A stretch of DNA of 64,000 nt from Magallana gigas (Eukaryota): the NCBI RefSeq assembly GCF_963853765.1, contig NC_088859.1:52886001-52950000 (forward strand), in the 5' to 3' direction. Within the stretch, counting starts at the first letter, position 1; every line of letters begins with the position of its first letter. Shown here piece after piece: positions 48,901 to 60,096 of this stretch. The notes beneath the pieces are model-generated. The model did not search any database. It saw only the letters and a program-made list of their open reading frames with translations, and was not told the DNA's origin. The position numbers and the translations under genes are program-made.

Positions 48901-51596
48901 GCTGAATCTGGGTCCTAAATTTCAGATGCTGGAGGAGGTTAAGGTTTTTAGAGCTTGTTAAAGTTTTTGTAGCAGGTGCCCTCTGATGATGATATCTTAG
49001 TTACTACTGCTCCTAACTTCACCAAACTTGCAAAGATGATACCTCTTATGATACTGATGCACCTGACAGGCTTAAAAGCTGAATCTGAGCCATAGGTTTG
49101 GATGCTGGATGAGGTTTATTTTTTTGTAACAGGTCACATGTTTTATAGATAATAAAATAATTTAATAGCTTGCATAGTTGATTTAACTATATTATAAATG
49201 AAACACAGAGTTAGCTTCAGATGCAGAGCCTGAACTCCATTATCAAGGATGCTAAAAAATTTCCTACCTCACTCAAACTTGCTTGATAGATAAATGTGTA
49301 GGTTGTTAAATGAAATGACATGATTCCTATGATATAGTATTATATGATATGATATACTATTGTTTAATATGATGTAATATCATGTTATATTGTAAAAAGT
49401 AATATGAGATGATATTGTATCAATTTTTTTTAAATTTTATTTTTTATATTTATGATATTATATCATGATATTGTTATGTATAGTATTGTATAATTATAAT
49501 GATTCAGTATTGTGTAATATGATACTGTATTGTTAATTTATTATTTTATCACATGATATTGATACATATGATATTGCAATATATAATATTATATCATATG
49601 ATACAATATTGTAAAATATCACATGATATTGTATCATTTGATTTGATTCAATGTTGTGTCAAATTATATGATACAATATTTCATATTATGTATCAAAATA
49701 CAATAAAGTATCATACAATACAGTATCATTCTATATTATACAATATAAATTCATATGTTTCAATATTGTGATGTTGTATGTACATTGTAATATGATATTG
49801 CATCATATAATACTATATTGTATAATATATTATGATATTGCATGATGTGATCAAATACAATAATGTATAACACAATACAATGTCATATCATATGTTACAA
49901 TATCATATATCATCATTGTTTATTACAGTATTCTATTGTATTATATGATACATATTGTAAGTATGATTGGATGCAATATTGTATTTTATATTATTGTATT
50001 GTTAACATTTTATCTTATTATACCATATGAAATTAACATATGATTATCATACAATTTTTTAACAGATGATATACGATATTGTGTCAAAACAGTATCCATG
50101 AATATCCAAGATCATAAAGTATGATTTTCATATAATATAATAACGGTGGTCTCAAAAAGGTGATGCCTCATAAGGGTGATGCCTCGTCTCTGTGAGCTTT
50201 GTAATATATGCTTTCATGTTTATTTTGATTTGAGAGGTGTCAGTAGACTCAAACTTGTATGCAGCATGTTAGAGCTCAGATAAAGTGATGTTGGTGTGGA
50301 GAGAGAGAGGAGAGAGAGAGAGAGAGGGGGAGGAAAGAGAGAAAGAGGAAGGGACAAGAGTAAAGAATAATTGAAGGATGAAGATGCATATGAATAAAAT
50401 GTGAAAAAAATCAAGTAATGCAATTCTCTCTTTCCAGAGCAAGAAAAATGTTCAGACTCTCAGGAAAGAATTACAGGGCCTTCAGAACAAGAAAGACAGG
50501 TGATTATAAGAGGCATGAACAGCAAAGGAAAACAAGTAGATTGAAAAGATTCTAGGAATTAAACAACCCCATTATTATTACAGAAATCAATATTCTTTTT
50601 CGTGTAGATGTTTCTGTATACCAGAGATAACCGGTCGGGATGCATGTATAGGAATGAATTCATCAAATCAGTGTAATAAATCTTGGTGAAAAAAATTCAT
50701 AATTTCGGATTTCCATGTGTGTCAATTTCAATTTGGATTATTTTGAAATTAAAATACATTTGAAAAGGGTGACCACCTCATACATGAATGCTGTTTCATC
50801 TCTTGTATGGAAAATTATTTGACATATCAGGGATTTACTCCACGTATGGTATTTATACACGAAAGAAATGTTCCTCAATCATAACATTTATATTTTAAGC
50901 TTACTGGAGAAGATTGAGAAAGCTGAGAGTCAATCTGTGACGTGTGACATTAGCCGCTGGATGTATGGGTTTCAGAAGCTTGTTAAGAGGAACAGAACTC
51001 TGGTAAAGACACTGTCAACCATTGAAGAAAAGGTGGGTAGGGGGTTATAATACTGAAATACATGCAAAACAATTTAAAGCAAAATTCTCTCTCTCATTGT
51101 GCTGTATTCTCCCATATACCTCAATAACAGTGGATTCATGTAAAGGACTATGAATAAAATATATTTGTAGGACTTCGTCGAAATAATCTGAGAGAGAGAG
51201 ATTATACAGAGTTCTATAAATAGGTAAGTTTTGGTTTCGAGACAGATTAATTCTTGGCACTATTTTTTGAGTTTTCTGATAAAAATATAAAATGTTTTCC
51301 TTTAAGATAGTTTATGTTTTGTTGTAAATGATTTCATTTGTGTGAAGTAATCTATTTCCTTTTCAATTGTAAAGTTACTCTTGTATTTATATTTCATAAG
51401 CAGAAATTAAATTTATTTAATTTCTAATACAAAGATATATGATTTAAAAATGGTTTTTGCTTATTTAAAACAAACATCTTAACGTATCATTTTTCAGGAA
51501 CACTACAGAGAGCCCACTGAACATAAAGCTCCACCCACAGCACCAGGTGGTCTTGGAAAAGGAAGGGGGAGACAAGAGTCCAGAGCCCGCCCCTGA
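45958..51596 (+). CDS. 10-exon gene (about 521 aa): disordered Ser/Glu/Lys-rich N-terminus and coiled-coil C-terminus; tentatively CENP-U-like
   Basis: Exons 45958-46074, 46359-46455, 46626-47320, 47463-47589, 47788-47896, 48139-48217, 48506-48553, 50438-50499, 50900-51032 (alternative in-frame donor at 51002) and 51498-51596 give an open frame. The segment IQMWVGKDCDRRKKDVMDLDIIMHNIMETLNKCREEFSERLQQRALDKFLSHIHTDIVSQIESKENVAELN recalls the start of the vertebrate CENP-U conserved domain, from memory and not from a search. The gene model is more certain than the name. Confidence 0.6.
48538..48729 (+). repeat. 65-bp tandem triplication spanning an exon end and its donor
   Basis: TTCTAATGTTAAAAAG|GTTGGTATATAAATTGG... 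at 48538, 48603 and 48668. Confidence 0.92.
48735..49290 (+). mobile_element. Intronic HINE/Helentron-like non-autonomous element
   Basis: T-rich start with hairpin-like AGCTCTCTGAGACGAAGTCAAGGGGAGCT, then GGCGTCGGCGTCC and degenerate ~150-bp internal repeats (ACCAAACTTGCA...GATG...GCTGAATCTG twice). Confidence 0.55.
49310..50080. repeat. AT-rich degenerate (ATATG/ATATT/ATACA)n low-complexity tract
   Basis: Pentamer-periodic TATGA/TATTG/TATCA text across about 750 bp of intron. Confidence 0.8.
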
Positions 51597-51953
51597 AACA
51601 CAAAAACTGCGTAGTAAATAATTATATGTACCAGGGAACAGTTGTCTATTTAATTACTCATTGTATTCTTATCTTAATCTCTGCAAATGTCAATTATTTA
51701 TAAACGTTAATTGTTCTGTTAGTTTTTTGATAATTCAAATTAAATTGGCCCGGGATGGCATCAACTTCCTTGTTCGGTGATTTATCCGATTGTTCACTTG
51801 ATGGTAGCTCCAATAAGGGCTGTAATTGGTAGATAAACAAAGAATGAGATACCAATCCTCAAAACAGGCACAGTCTACATATAGAGAGAGGCAGCCTTTT
51901 AAATTTTAATGAACAGAATTTTTGGCCACCATTTTGTCTGATTAACTTGAAAG

Positions 51954-54185
51954 ATGTTGTCTATACAGGTCTTTGGAATATTTATCTGTGTAATAGTTTC
52001 ATGTCAACTTTTACATTCTGTGAAAGCAGAAAATGAGCGTAATTGGAATTCATTTCATTCCATACTAGTTAACAAAGAAAGGAGTTTGGAGAGGAAAACT
52101 CGTGAGCTAAGTTTAGAGGATGTGACAAAATTTAAAAGTTTATTAAATCGATTGTTAAGGGAGAGGAAGCCAAAGCCACACAGTGTAGAGGAACAGAAGG
52201 TTTGGATTCCCAATGGTTATAAATCAGGTGAAAAATTAAAGTACGAGGACCTAGTGAGAATGGTGGACCATCATGGAGGAAAAACATTCAGGGAGGCGGA
52301 CACTGAAAACCCGAGAACCAGGCAAACAGCGGAGGCCCTGTTGGAGGAAGACACGCACGATGTCCACCGTAAACCGATACAGACAGCGGACAATGGCAGG
52401 CGAAGCTTTCTGAAGGGGGAAAGCCTCTTATGGAACAACGGCATTATTCCTTTCAAAATCAATAAAAACGTTGATGATGCTTGTCGAGAAGAAATATCTA
52501 GGGCCATTGCTGTATTCAATGATAATACGTGTCTCAAGTGGGAACCTTACTCGGGCAGTGGCAAGGACCACGTGGAGTTTTTCACGGGTGGGATAAGTTC
52601 ATCTTATGTTGGAAACATACAAGTGTCCAAATATGGACACCTGTACGAGCCAAAACTGACCAACCAGCCAATCAACATAGACTCTCGTCACTGCACGCTG
52701 CACGTGGTTCTTCATGAGATGGGACACACTGTGGGAATGACGCATGAGCAAAGCCGCAGCGACAGGGACCAGTACGTCACGGTTCACTGGGAACACGTGC
52801 TGGAGGGGGAAGACAACCAAAACCTGGCCAAAGAAGACACCGAGAACCACAACATCCCCTACGACTATTCTTCCCTCATGCATTATTCGGTCTACGCTTT
52901 CTCTAAGGATGGCGAAAAGACACTGGAATACACGAACACAGACTACGAATTTCTCGGGTTAAGGGAAAACACGCTATCATTTTACGACATAGAGGACATA
53001 ACCAAGGCTTATAATTGTACCCGGAAGTGTGCCGGGAAAGAGTGTCAGAACGCGGGCTATTTGGACCACACCTGTTCCTGCAGGTGCCCGGAGTACCTTG
53101 AAGGTCCCACGTGCGATAAAGTCAAAACAGAAAACTGTGGTGGAATTGTAACCCTACAAGATCAAAACGACCAGCAATCAATTGTTTCCCCAAATTATCC
53201 CCAGTCGTATTCAGCGGGGCAAAACTGTATCTGGTTAGTAAAAGCCCCGAAAGGCCACGGCATAGAACTCTCTAGCCCTGATTTTGATCTTCCAGATAAC
53301 AGTCTAAAACGATGTAATCATTGGCTAGAAGTAAGGTTCAATTTGATTGGTCAACCAGGTCCTCTATATTGTGGTGACTCACTTCCGGTGATTGAAACGT
53401 CATTGGGAGGAGAGTCTCACTTGCTTCTTTTGAGGTTTGACTCAACCAACCAGTTTGTTGATTCTGGGAAAGGCTTCCACTTGAACGTACGAATCAAAGC
53501 TCAGTTTAACCATTCCAATGGTCTGGTCACCGATACATCCGACGATTCCGTTTTCGTGGATGACGTAATCAATCACTGCGAGGTGGACCCAGACTGGTGT
53601 TATAACGAGGGAACCTGTGTGTTCCGCAATGGAGAGGTCAGCTGTTTGTGCTCAGATGGATATTCCGGAGATTTTTGCGAACATTCTGATAATTCAAAAG
53701 AAGCGACAGATAAATCCACGCAGTACCTTGCTGTACTAGGGACATATTCCTGTCACCCGTCGACAGCATGCTCCATCATTAACCTATACTCAGGTTTCAC
53801 CTGGAGGATGGAAGAACAAGGCCTTGTGGTTTCCCCTCAGACAGGCCCAAAGGGATCCCAAGCCGGCTTCTCTATTCCCTTCAAAGTCACGGAGAATCGC
53901 GACATGTGCTTGGAGATCCACTTCAGACGTTTGAGAGCTGGCACGCCGTGCGGTATGTTGGAGGTCACTAAGCACGTGGAGGGAGCGGACTTTGGGTATG
54001 GCGGCTACCAGTATGACCTGCCCCTGTACCGCGGGGGGTGCGGCGAGGGCGGGAAAACCGTGTCCAGCCCCATCTCGTCGTTTGTCGGTGAGACTACTTC
54101 TGTTTCCCTCAAAGTTTCTCTTGAAGAAGACGGCGAATTCAATATTGCCATTGAAAACATTTCTATTATTGATGGATATTGCTAA
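51954..54185 (+). CDS. Astacin-family (M12A) zinc metalloprotease: signal peptide, propeptide, astacin, EGF-like, CUB, EGF-like, MAM-like domain; intronless CDS
   Basis: 743-aa ORF. Zinc motif HEMGHTVGMTHEQSRSDRD (52713-52745 and on), Met-turn SLMHY, mature start after NGRR (SFLKGESLLWNNGIIPF), EGF-like CQNAGYLDHTCSCRCPEYLEGPTC, CUB CGGIVTL...SPNYPQSY...CIWLV, second EGF, and a terminal domain ending IAIENISIIDGYC. Confidence 0.95.
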   Translation: MLSIQVFGIFICVIVSCQLLHSVKAENERNWNSFHSILVNKERSLERKTRELSLEDVTKFKSLLNRLLRERKPKPHSVEEQKVWIPNGYKSGEKLKYEDLVRMVDHHGGKTFREADTENPRTRQTAEALLEEDTHDVHRKPIQTADNGRRSFLKGESLLWNNGIIPFKINKNVDDACREEISRAIAVFNDNTCLKWEPYSGSGKDHVEFFTGGISSSYVGNIQVSKYGHLYEPKLTNQPINIDSRHCTLHVVLHEMGHTVGMTHEQSRSDRDQYVTVHWEHVLEGEDNQNLAKEDTENHNIPYDYSSLMHYSVYAFSKDGEKTLEYTNTDYEFLGLRENTLSFYDIEDITKAYNCTRKCAGKECQNAGYLDHTCSCRCPEYLEGPTCDKVKTENCGGIVTLQDQNDQQSIVSPNYPQSYSAGQNCIWLVKAPKGHGIELSSPDFDLPDNSLKRCNHWLEVRFNLIGQPGPLYCGDSLPVIETSLGGESHLLLLRFDSTNQFVDSGKGFHLNVRIKAQFNHSNGLVTDTSDDSVFVDDVINHCEVDPDWCYNEGTCVFRNGEVSCLCSDGYSGDFCEHSDNSKEATDKSTQYLAVLGTYSCHPSTACSIINLYSGFTWRMEEQGLVVSPQTGPKGSQAGFSIPFKVTENRDMCLEIHFRRLRAGTPCGMLEVTKHVEGADFGYGGYQYDLPLYRGGCGEGGKTVSSPISSFVGETTSVSLKVSLEEDGEFNIAIENISIIDGYC

Positions 54186-57061
54186 TTGGATAAACATTAA
54201 TTCGATTTGTTGAGGTGAAGTCTGGCAGTACTTAATGACGTATGGTAACGGAAACTCATGATTATAGCTGGTCCGTCCCCATTATGTTTTCTTCCCTTGT
54301 GTCCTATGATATGGGAAATCTGATAAGTCTCACGAATTTTGCCTACATCACCTCAAACCTACCATTTTAACCTCCAAAGAGTGGAGTGTGAAATGGAATA
54401 GTCATTGTTATAATTTGCTTTGCCAAAAAGGTTCTTTTAAAGATATACAAATGTTTTTGCTGCTATTTATACAGGAGTCCTTTTATGTTTCTTATATATA
54501 CTGAAAAGTACTCTTACTTGTAACAAATTTAAAAATAAATTATGATTTAATATAATGTAAGAATCAGGTCTTTCCACTAAAATAAACCAAAAGTTACATA
54601 CTGGGCTGAATTGCTTAAAGGTCAAAATGAACACCTATCGAATATAGGTATCGAATTTATCAAAATACGCTCTGCCTTGATTTTTATCCGCCTGGAGTAA
54701 ATAAGGATTTGTATTTTTTTCTTAAGATAATGGATTGAAATTAACTTTTTACAAAATATTAAGCCCTTATTTTGTGCATTTGAGAAAACATTTGAATTGA
54801 TTAATTTCACGGATATTTTGTACTTGGTGCACAATAAAGTGATGGTTTTACCAGATCATTAATGTCACAACAATCGGCTGTACTTAAATGAAAATTTCAA
54901 ATGTCTGTCGATTTTTAATTCAGCTTGTGTTGACTTAAATCTGAACTTCTTACAAAGCCGCCTTATATGTTGAGGAGAACAAATGTCGGGTTTTACTGTT
55001 TACTTTACTATCCGTCCTATGAGCACTCTACACCCTTATTGGCTCGGGATCTTAACACTATTTTTTTTATCAAACAATAATATTCAAAATATGTGCATAT
55101 ATTTTGTATGTAAGGTAAAGGTGAAGGCAATGAGGACATAACACGGGAGCATCGCGCGTTTTATTTGTTGTTAATTATTTGTGACATAATTTTGATTTCT
55201 CAGAAATATTAGTTTTATCGTTATTTTGATTACGAACGTTTTGCAATGTCAGAGAATTTTACAACGCTAGAGGAGACTTGCATTTCATATAGGGGTTATG
55301 CTTGGAAAGCTGTTTTTTTTAACATATGTTAGGTTTTTGTAATCTATTGATTGAATTATCAAAACTGTTAAAGGGACGTTGCCTCCAATAAACATATCAC
55401 TAAACTTTTTGTAACCCCCCCCCCCCCCCCCCCCCACCGGCAATCATATCAATAAATGTGGTTTGTAAAACTCATGACTGTGTTATAATTTAGCGTAATT
55501 GTTGTATGTAAAAGTTACGATGGCCAACCTCCCAGACACGTGGGCTCTCTTCGGCTTCCTCCCACGTCAATGATCCCCTCGCCTTAACAACAGTGCCAGC
55601 AAGAAGTACCAATTTGTATGTTGTAGAACTTGTGTTTCAATCATTGTAAAATGATTGGAGTTAAGTTTAAAACAAAATAACTCAACAAACAATTCTGTGC
55701 CATTGCATGGTTGTAACAGATGGATGTAACAAAAATCCTATCCCTGTATATACCGGTACGTAACAAATAATGCCACTGAATCTGATAAATACAGGGTAAT
55801 TCTATACAAGAGCAGGATAAAACAATCTGCACATATTTATTGGTTTCAATCATGATAAAAAAAATCATAACGACACAGTGAACAAATACAAAATATTGTA
55901 TGTAGAGAACATGGGCAAATGGAATGGACCACAGTGAGATAAAAATATGAAAATCAACGTATTTAATATTTCTTTAAGATATCCGTTTTCAGTTATGTAT
56001 TTAACATTATCTAGAATTTTTTTTTAAAAATTAATTCAGTACTGAAAACATTAATATGAACTCCTTTGTGCTTACCAAAATCTTCAAAGGAGTGGATCTG
56101 AGCTCAACATTTTGTCATGGTAATGAAGTATATTTTTAAACGTGGAATGCTTTGCTCAGTCTGCCAGTGGTTTGCAAAAAAGTCGGATTCTGTGTCTAAT
56201 TAGTAAAACAATGGGACGGGTCAAGAAATAGAAATTATGCTCAGTCAATACAAGCGTGTCCGTCTATCATTATACACATTATTAAACGCAAACAAGTAAG
56301 TGCCTTTTTAACGCTTGTTCTCAAATGCTTGATATGAAACAGGGTGAAATTGATGCGTTTTTTTGGCCTTTGGTTAGCTATAGTTATCGGGGGTGGGGGT
56401 TATGTCTTTTGGTAGTGATGACAAAATATCAGACCATGCAACGTTTCCGACCCTTTTGGACAGCTATATATTAATAGTCATTAGTCAACACGTGTCACGC
56501 ACACTGTACACGAACCGTTACAGATTGCATGGGTGTACGTTACAGGCAGTAATTTAAAACCGCTGGTGCATGCTTTAATTATAAAAGATTAATTTAAAAG
56601 ATATTTGAAATTGTTTTTTGTCTTAGCCATGTGTTGGTTGTTTCGAAACAAGGCATTACCACGCGCGTTATGATCGCCCTTGACGGGGCTATATAGACCC
56701 GCTTAGCCTTGTTCTGACACCTAAAGCTAACAGTAGGAGAACAAGGAATAGCTTGATTTGTAAAACAATCATGATAAGGGGCTTTAAAAGGCTGATTTAA
56801 TGACGCAATACCTCTCTTTAATTAAATCAGCGCGACAGATCTGCCACCAATATTGGCAAGCCAGTTAAAACAAAGCGAGAACTGTATGATCCCTGAACCG
56901 CCATGACTCCTGCAATTGGAGACCTCTCAGTGACTCTAACAATGTTTGATCTTGACAATTTTATCTGTTAATGTAATACACTAAAAGATGAAATGATACA
57001 TTTGGAAGACATATTTGCGTTGTTTAAGATTCTTAATTTCTTCGTCCAAAGATACCAAGGG

Positions 57062-58132
57062 TTATCCGAGTAGCATGTCCCCTGACCCGGATGATTGCAA
57101 TGTAACCGTGTCCTTGTCAACGTCCCTGGCCATAAACTCTACCTCATCCTCCGATACACCGCCCACAGCAGCATCAGCTAAAAGTCCGGGGGATTCCGAA
57201 CAGGACGAGCGGTCACTACTGCTTACCAAAGTAACTTCAGTTAAAGCCGAGGCCGTAGTGTCCACCGATTTCAGAATTTTTATTTCCTTTCTCCTGTCTG
57301 CAATTTCTGATAATTTTGGGGGCCGTTTCTTTGTAATTTTAGGGACCAGAGGGTCCTCCTCACTCACGCACTCGGTCGCATCATCAGTACCATTGGTGTC
57401 GATAGAATCCATATAATGTAACTGTTTAATGCACGTGTCCTTATTTTCTTTAGGCATTGGCTTTTTATGTGGAATAAACGTGTTTTTAGAGTGACCTTTT
57501 TCAGCAACTGAAATGTTCGATGGTTGGTTGTGCGTTCTCCCAATCTGTGCAAAGAGCTTAATCCCAGTTTTATTTGCGTAGTAACTCTGTAGTCCCTGCT
57601 CAATCATGAATACGACGACGGATAGTCCCGTACTGACGCCACCCACCGCGGTCAGTACCCCTCTGTTGACATAGAACCAGTCTCCTAGTCCCAGGAACCG
57701 GACGTTGGAAGCTATTATCAGAAAAGCGCCGGTCACTAGGAGGACGGAAGCAGGAACCAGCAACAATCGGATCTTCCACATCTTCTGGTTTCGATGGACC
57801 CGTTCTTTTCTCCATTTCCGACGCCTTTTGATGTATTCTTCTTGTTTGAATTTATCTACCTCCGCAAACCAAATACTAAACTGCTTAATCCGCTCTTTCT
57901 CACGCGCGATTTTGAGTTCTCTCTGAAATAAGCAGCCGCACGTTCTTTCATTATTTTGTCGAGGTCTGCAAGTAAACAATGAAACTGATTGGTTTATTGT
58001 GTACCTAATTACGTCTATATTTTGCAAAAAAACAAAACAAATTTGTACGCACCTTCTAGGGACATGGTCGACATCATCATACTGTATAGAAAGTCGCGAG
58101 TCGTGAATCGGGCTCCTTACCACGTTGAGCAT
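57062..58132 (-). CDS. Two-TM membrane protein with a basic N-terminus and long disordered C-tail; 5' end uncertain
   Basis: Two hydrophobic helices (LLLVPASVLLVTGAFLIIA; VLTAVGGVSTGLSVVVFMI) separated by a short loop. A possible intron at 58120-57923 (GTG|GTAAGG ... TTTCAG|AGA) would give MLNV-RELKIARE... Confidence 0.7.
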   Translation of the reverse strand: MLNVVRSPIHDSRLSIQYDDVDHVPRRCVQICFVFLQNIDVIRYTINQSVSLFTCRPRQNNERTCGCLFQRELKIAREKERIKQFSIWFAEVDKFKQEEYIKRRRKWRKERVHRNQKMWKIRLLLVPASVLLVTGAFLIIASNVRFLGLGDWFYVNRGVLTAVGGVSTGLSVVVFMIEQGLQSYYANKTGIKLFAQIGRTHNQPSNISVAEKGHSKNTFIPHKKPMPKENKDTCIKQLHYMDSIDTNGTDDATECVSEEDPLVPKITKKRPPKLSEIADRRKEIKILKSVDTTASALTEVTLVSSSDRSSCSESPGLLADAAVGGVSEDEVEFMARDVDKDTVTLQSSGSGDMLLG

Positions 58133-58788
58133 TCTGGCCCTTGGTCTCCTTCATACCTTCTGCTACGTCTCCCTGCTAGATCCCCCTGCTCGCCAGTCCT
58201 GATATGTCCACATGCATTGGTCCGCTATTGTTTTCCGCGCTCTGATTCCTGCCAACACCACCATGAATGTTTATATCCAGATATATTTCATGAAAGAATC
58301 AGATACCATAACAGTGTGACGTGAGATTAAAGATTAATGAGCATTGCAGGACGTTGTTTAACCATATCTCTTGCTCTGACGGTCTGCATGTGATAGAACT
58401 TAAAGTCATAGCCAGAATAAATCCCTCTCTTGTTTTAGCTTTTTTCACAATTTGTAATGTGGTTTTATCGAAAAAGACCCCCTCCTCCTGAAAATTACCA
58501 AATAAATCTAGCAACTATATTAGAGATATTAGTTTGTACAGTGAAGCTCCCACACCAGTATCATATTGCACACTGCACAGAGACGGTGCTTTTGGTGCCA
58601 TTGATTTTAAACTGAAACTTAATACGCTTTTGAATTTTAAAATTACCTTCATAATTCGTGAATGGAAAAACCACTATCAATTTTCTTTTCGTTGCTTTAG
58701 AGCTTCTTTCCTTTCGCTTGGAAAGTTTTTACAGCGTATTCTGCTTTTGTTGTTTATTTGGTTGTTGACAGGTGTTTTATGCTGGATG

Positions 58789-60096
58789 TTAACAAACAAC
58801 TTCATTCTCGGTTTCTTCAGTTTTTGTATCTTTATGGTCTTCAGGAGGGTGAATTATAACATGAATTTCATTACACTGGTGGACCTCATATCTATCAGAG
58901 TCGTTGTTTTTCTGTAAGGGAGGTTGTAACGAGAAGTATACTGGAGAGCGGGTCACGTGATTATCCCCTTCCGTGACATTTTTATTGTCTGTATAAATGC
59001 AAGGAAACTGTGGTTCTGTCATGGATAAAGGGTTGTTTTGAATCTCACTTCCTGCAGCATAATTTTGTTCCAAGGAACAGAGATGTTTGCTTTGCAGTGG
59101 AAGGTTTTCTTCAGAAGGAATTTCTGTCGTCTGCACGCCTCCACTTTGAAGAACTCTTAAAATTCGTAACTTGCTCATCGCTCTCTGTGCTGCTGCCTTT
59201 GAGTTGGATGACACTTTTCTTTGGTGCCTAGGGTTCAGCTGAAGAACAAACTCCCGAGAGGAGAAAACAGTAGGTTTTACATGAAGCTGATCTTTATATT
59301 TCCCTAGCGTTCTATTGCCATTTTTGATAGACTTCTGTGCCCTAAGGACGCCCTCCAATACACGATAAGATACACTTTCTGATTTATAGGGCAAACTTGT
59401 GTCAACCAGGGATCGGGGATATTCTGGCAATAAATGTTCTTCTTCTTCCTTTTCTTTTTCAACTCTCTCAGTGTCAGTTTGAATTTTGTGGACACGAACT
59501 GTTTCAGAAAAAGACACTTGTGAGTTACTTAGGGAGAGTTTCCGGTCGGTAGCATTGGCGTTTGCTGAGAGGAAAGATGTGAGGGACTGATCGCACACCG
59601 TGTCCAGGTCCTCCAGAGAGTGACACATTTTGTCGGACGAGCCGATTGACGACGGAAGGGAAACAAACGAACTCCGGCGACTAGAGAGAGTTTTCAACGA
59701 CTTCCTTAGAGCAATAAATCGCCCCACTTCTTTTCTGCGATGGGTTATCAAGGCGATGGACACAAATAGCAATACAACCCCTAGAGTGAGAAATATTGGC
59801 CCAATGATACAGAAAATCTCCCGATACCTCCAAAGGAAGGTTTTCTCGCTGAGTCCACGTAGGGTACCCCCGAAAGAAAAGACTGTGCCAAGTAGCAGGC
59901 AGATGAGGGTGGGGACGTATAGTCTACGGTAAAGCGCCAGTTGTCTGTCCGTGTCGATTTCCTGTTTCCGCTTCTGCTTGCTGCTCCGCCTCTTGCTGAA
60001 CTCCTCGTGTTGGATGATGGTGTTCAGGTCGTTTTCTTCGTTAAACTTGTCCACTGCTCTGCGCATACTTTTTCGCTTGCTCTGTTTCTTCTCCAT
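58789..60096 (-). CDS. Two-TM membrane protein (435 aa), probable paralog of the adjacent gene
   Basis: Single ORF: basic N-terminus, helices LYVPTLICLLLGTVFSFGG and IFCIIGPIFLTLGVVLLFVSIALI, Ser-rich tail. Shares VDKF and L.VP...L..G with the neighbour. Confidence 0.8.
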   Translation of the reverse strand: MEKKQSKRKSMRRAVDKFNEENDLNTIIQHEEFSKRRSSKQKRKQEIDTDRQLALYRRLYVPTLICLLLGTVFSFGGTLRGLSEKTFLWRYREIFCIIGPIFLTLGVVLLFVSIALITHRRKEVGRFIALRKSLKTLSSRRSSFVSLPSSIGSSDKMCHSLEDLDTVCDQSLTSFLSANANATDRKLSLSNSQVSFSETVRVHKIQTDTERVEKEKEEEEHLLPEYPRSLVDTSLPYKSESVSYRVLEGVLRAQKSIKNGNRTLGKYKDQLHVKPTVFSSREFVLQLNPRHQRKVSSNSKAAAQRAMSKLRILRVLQSGGVQTTEIPSEENLPLQSKHLCSLEQNYAAGSEIQNNPLSMTEPQFPCIYTDNKNVTEGDNHVTRSPVYFSLQPPLQKNNDSDRYEVHQCNEIHVIIHPPEDHKDTKTEETENEVVC

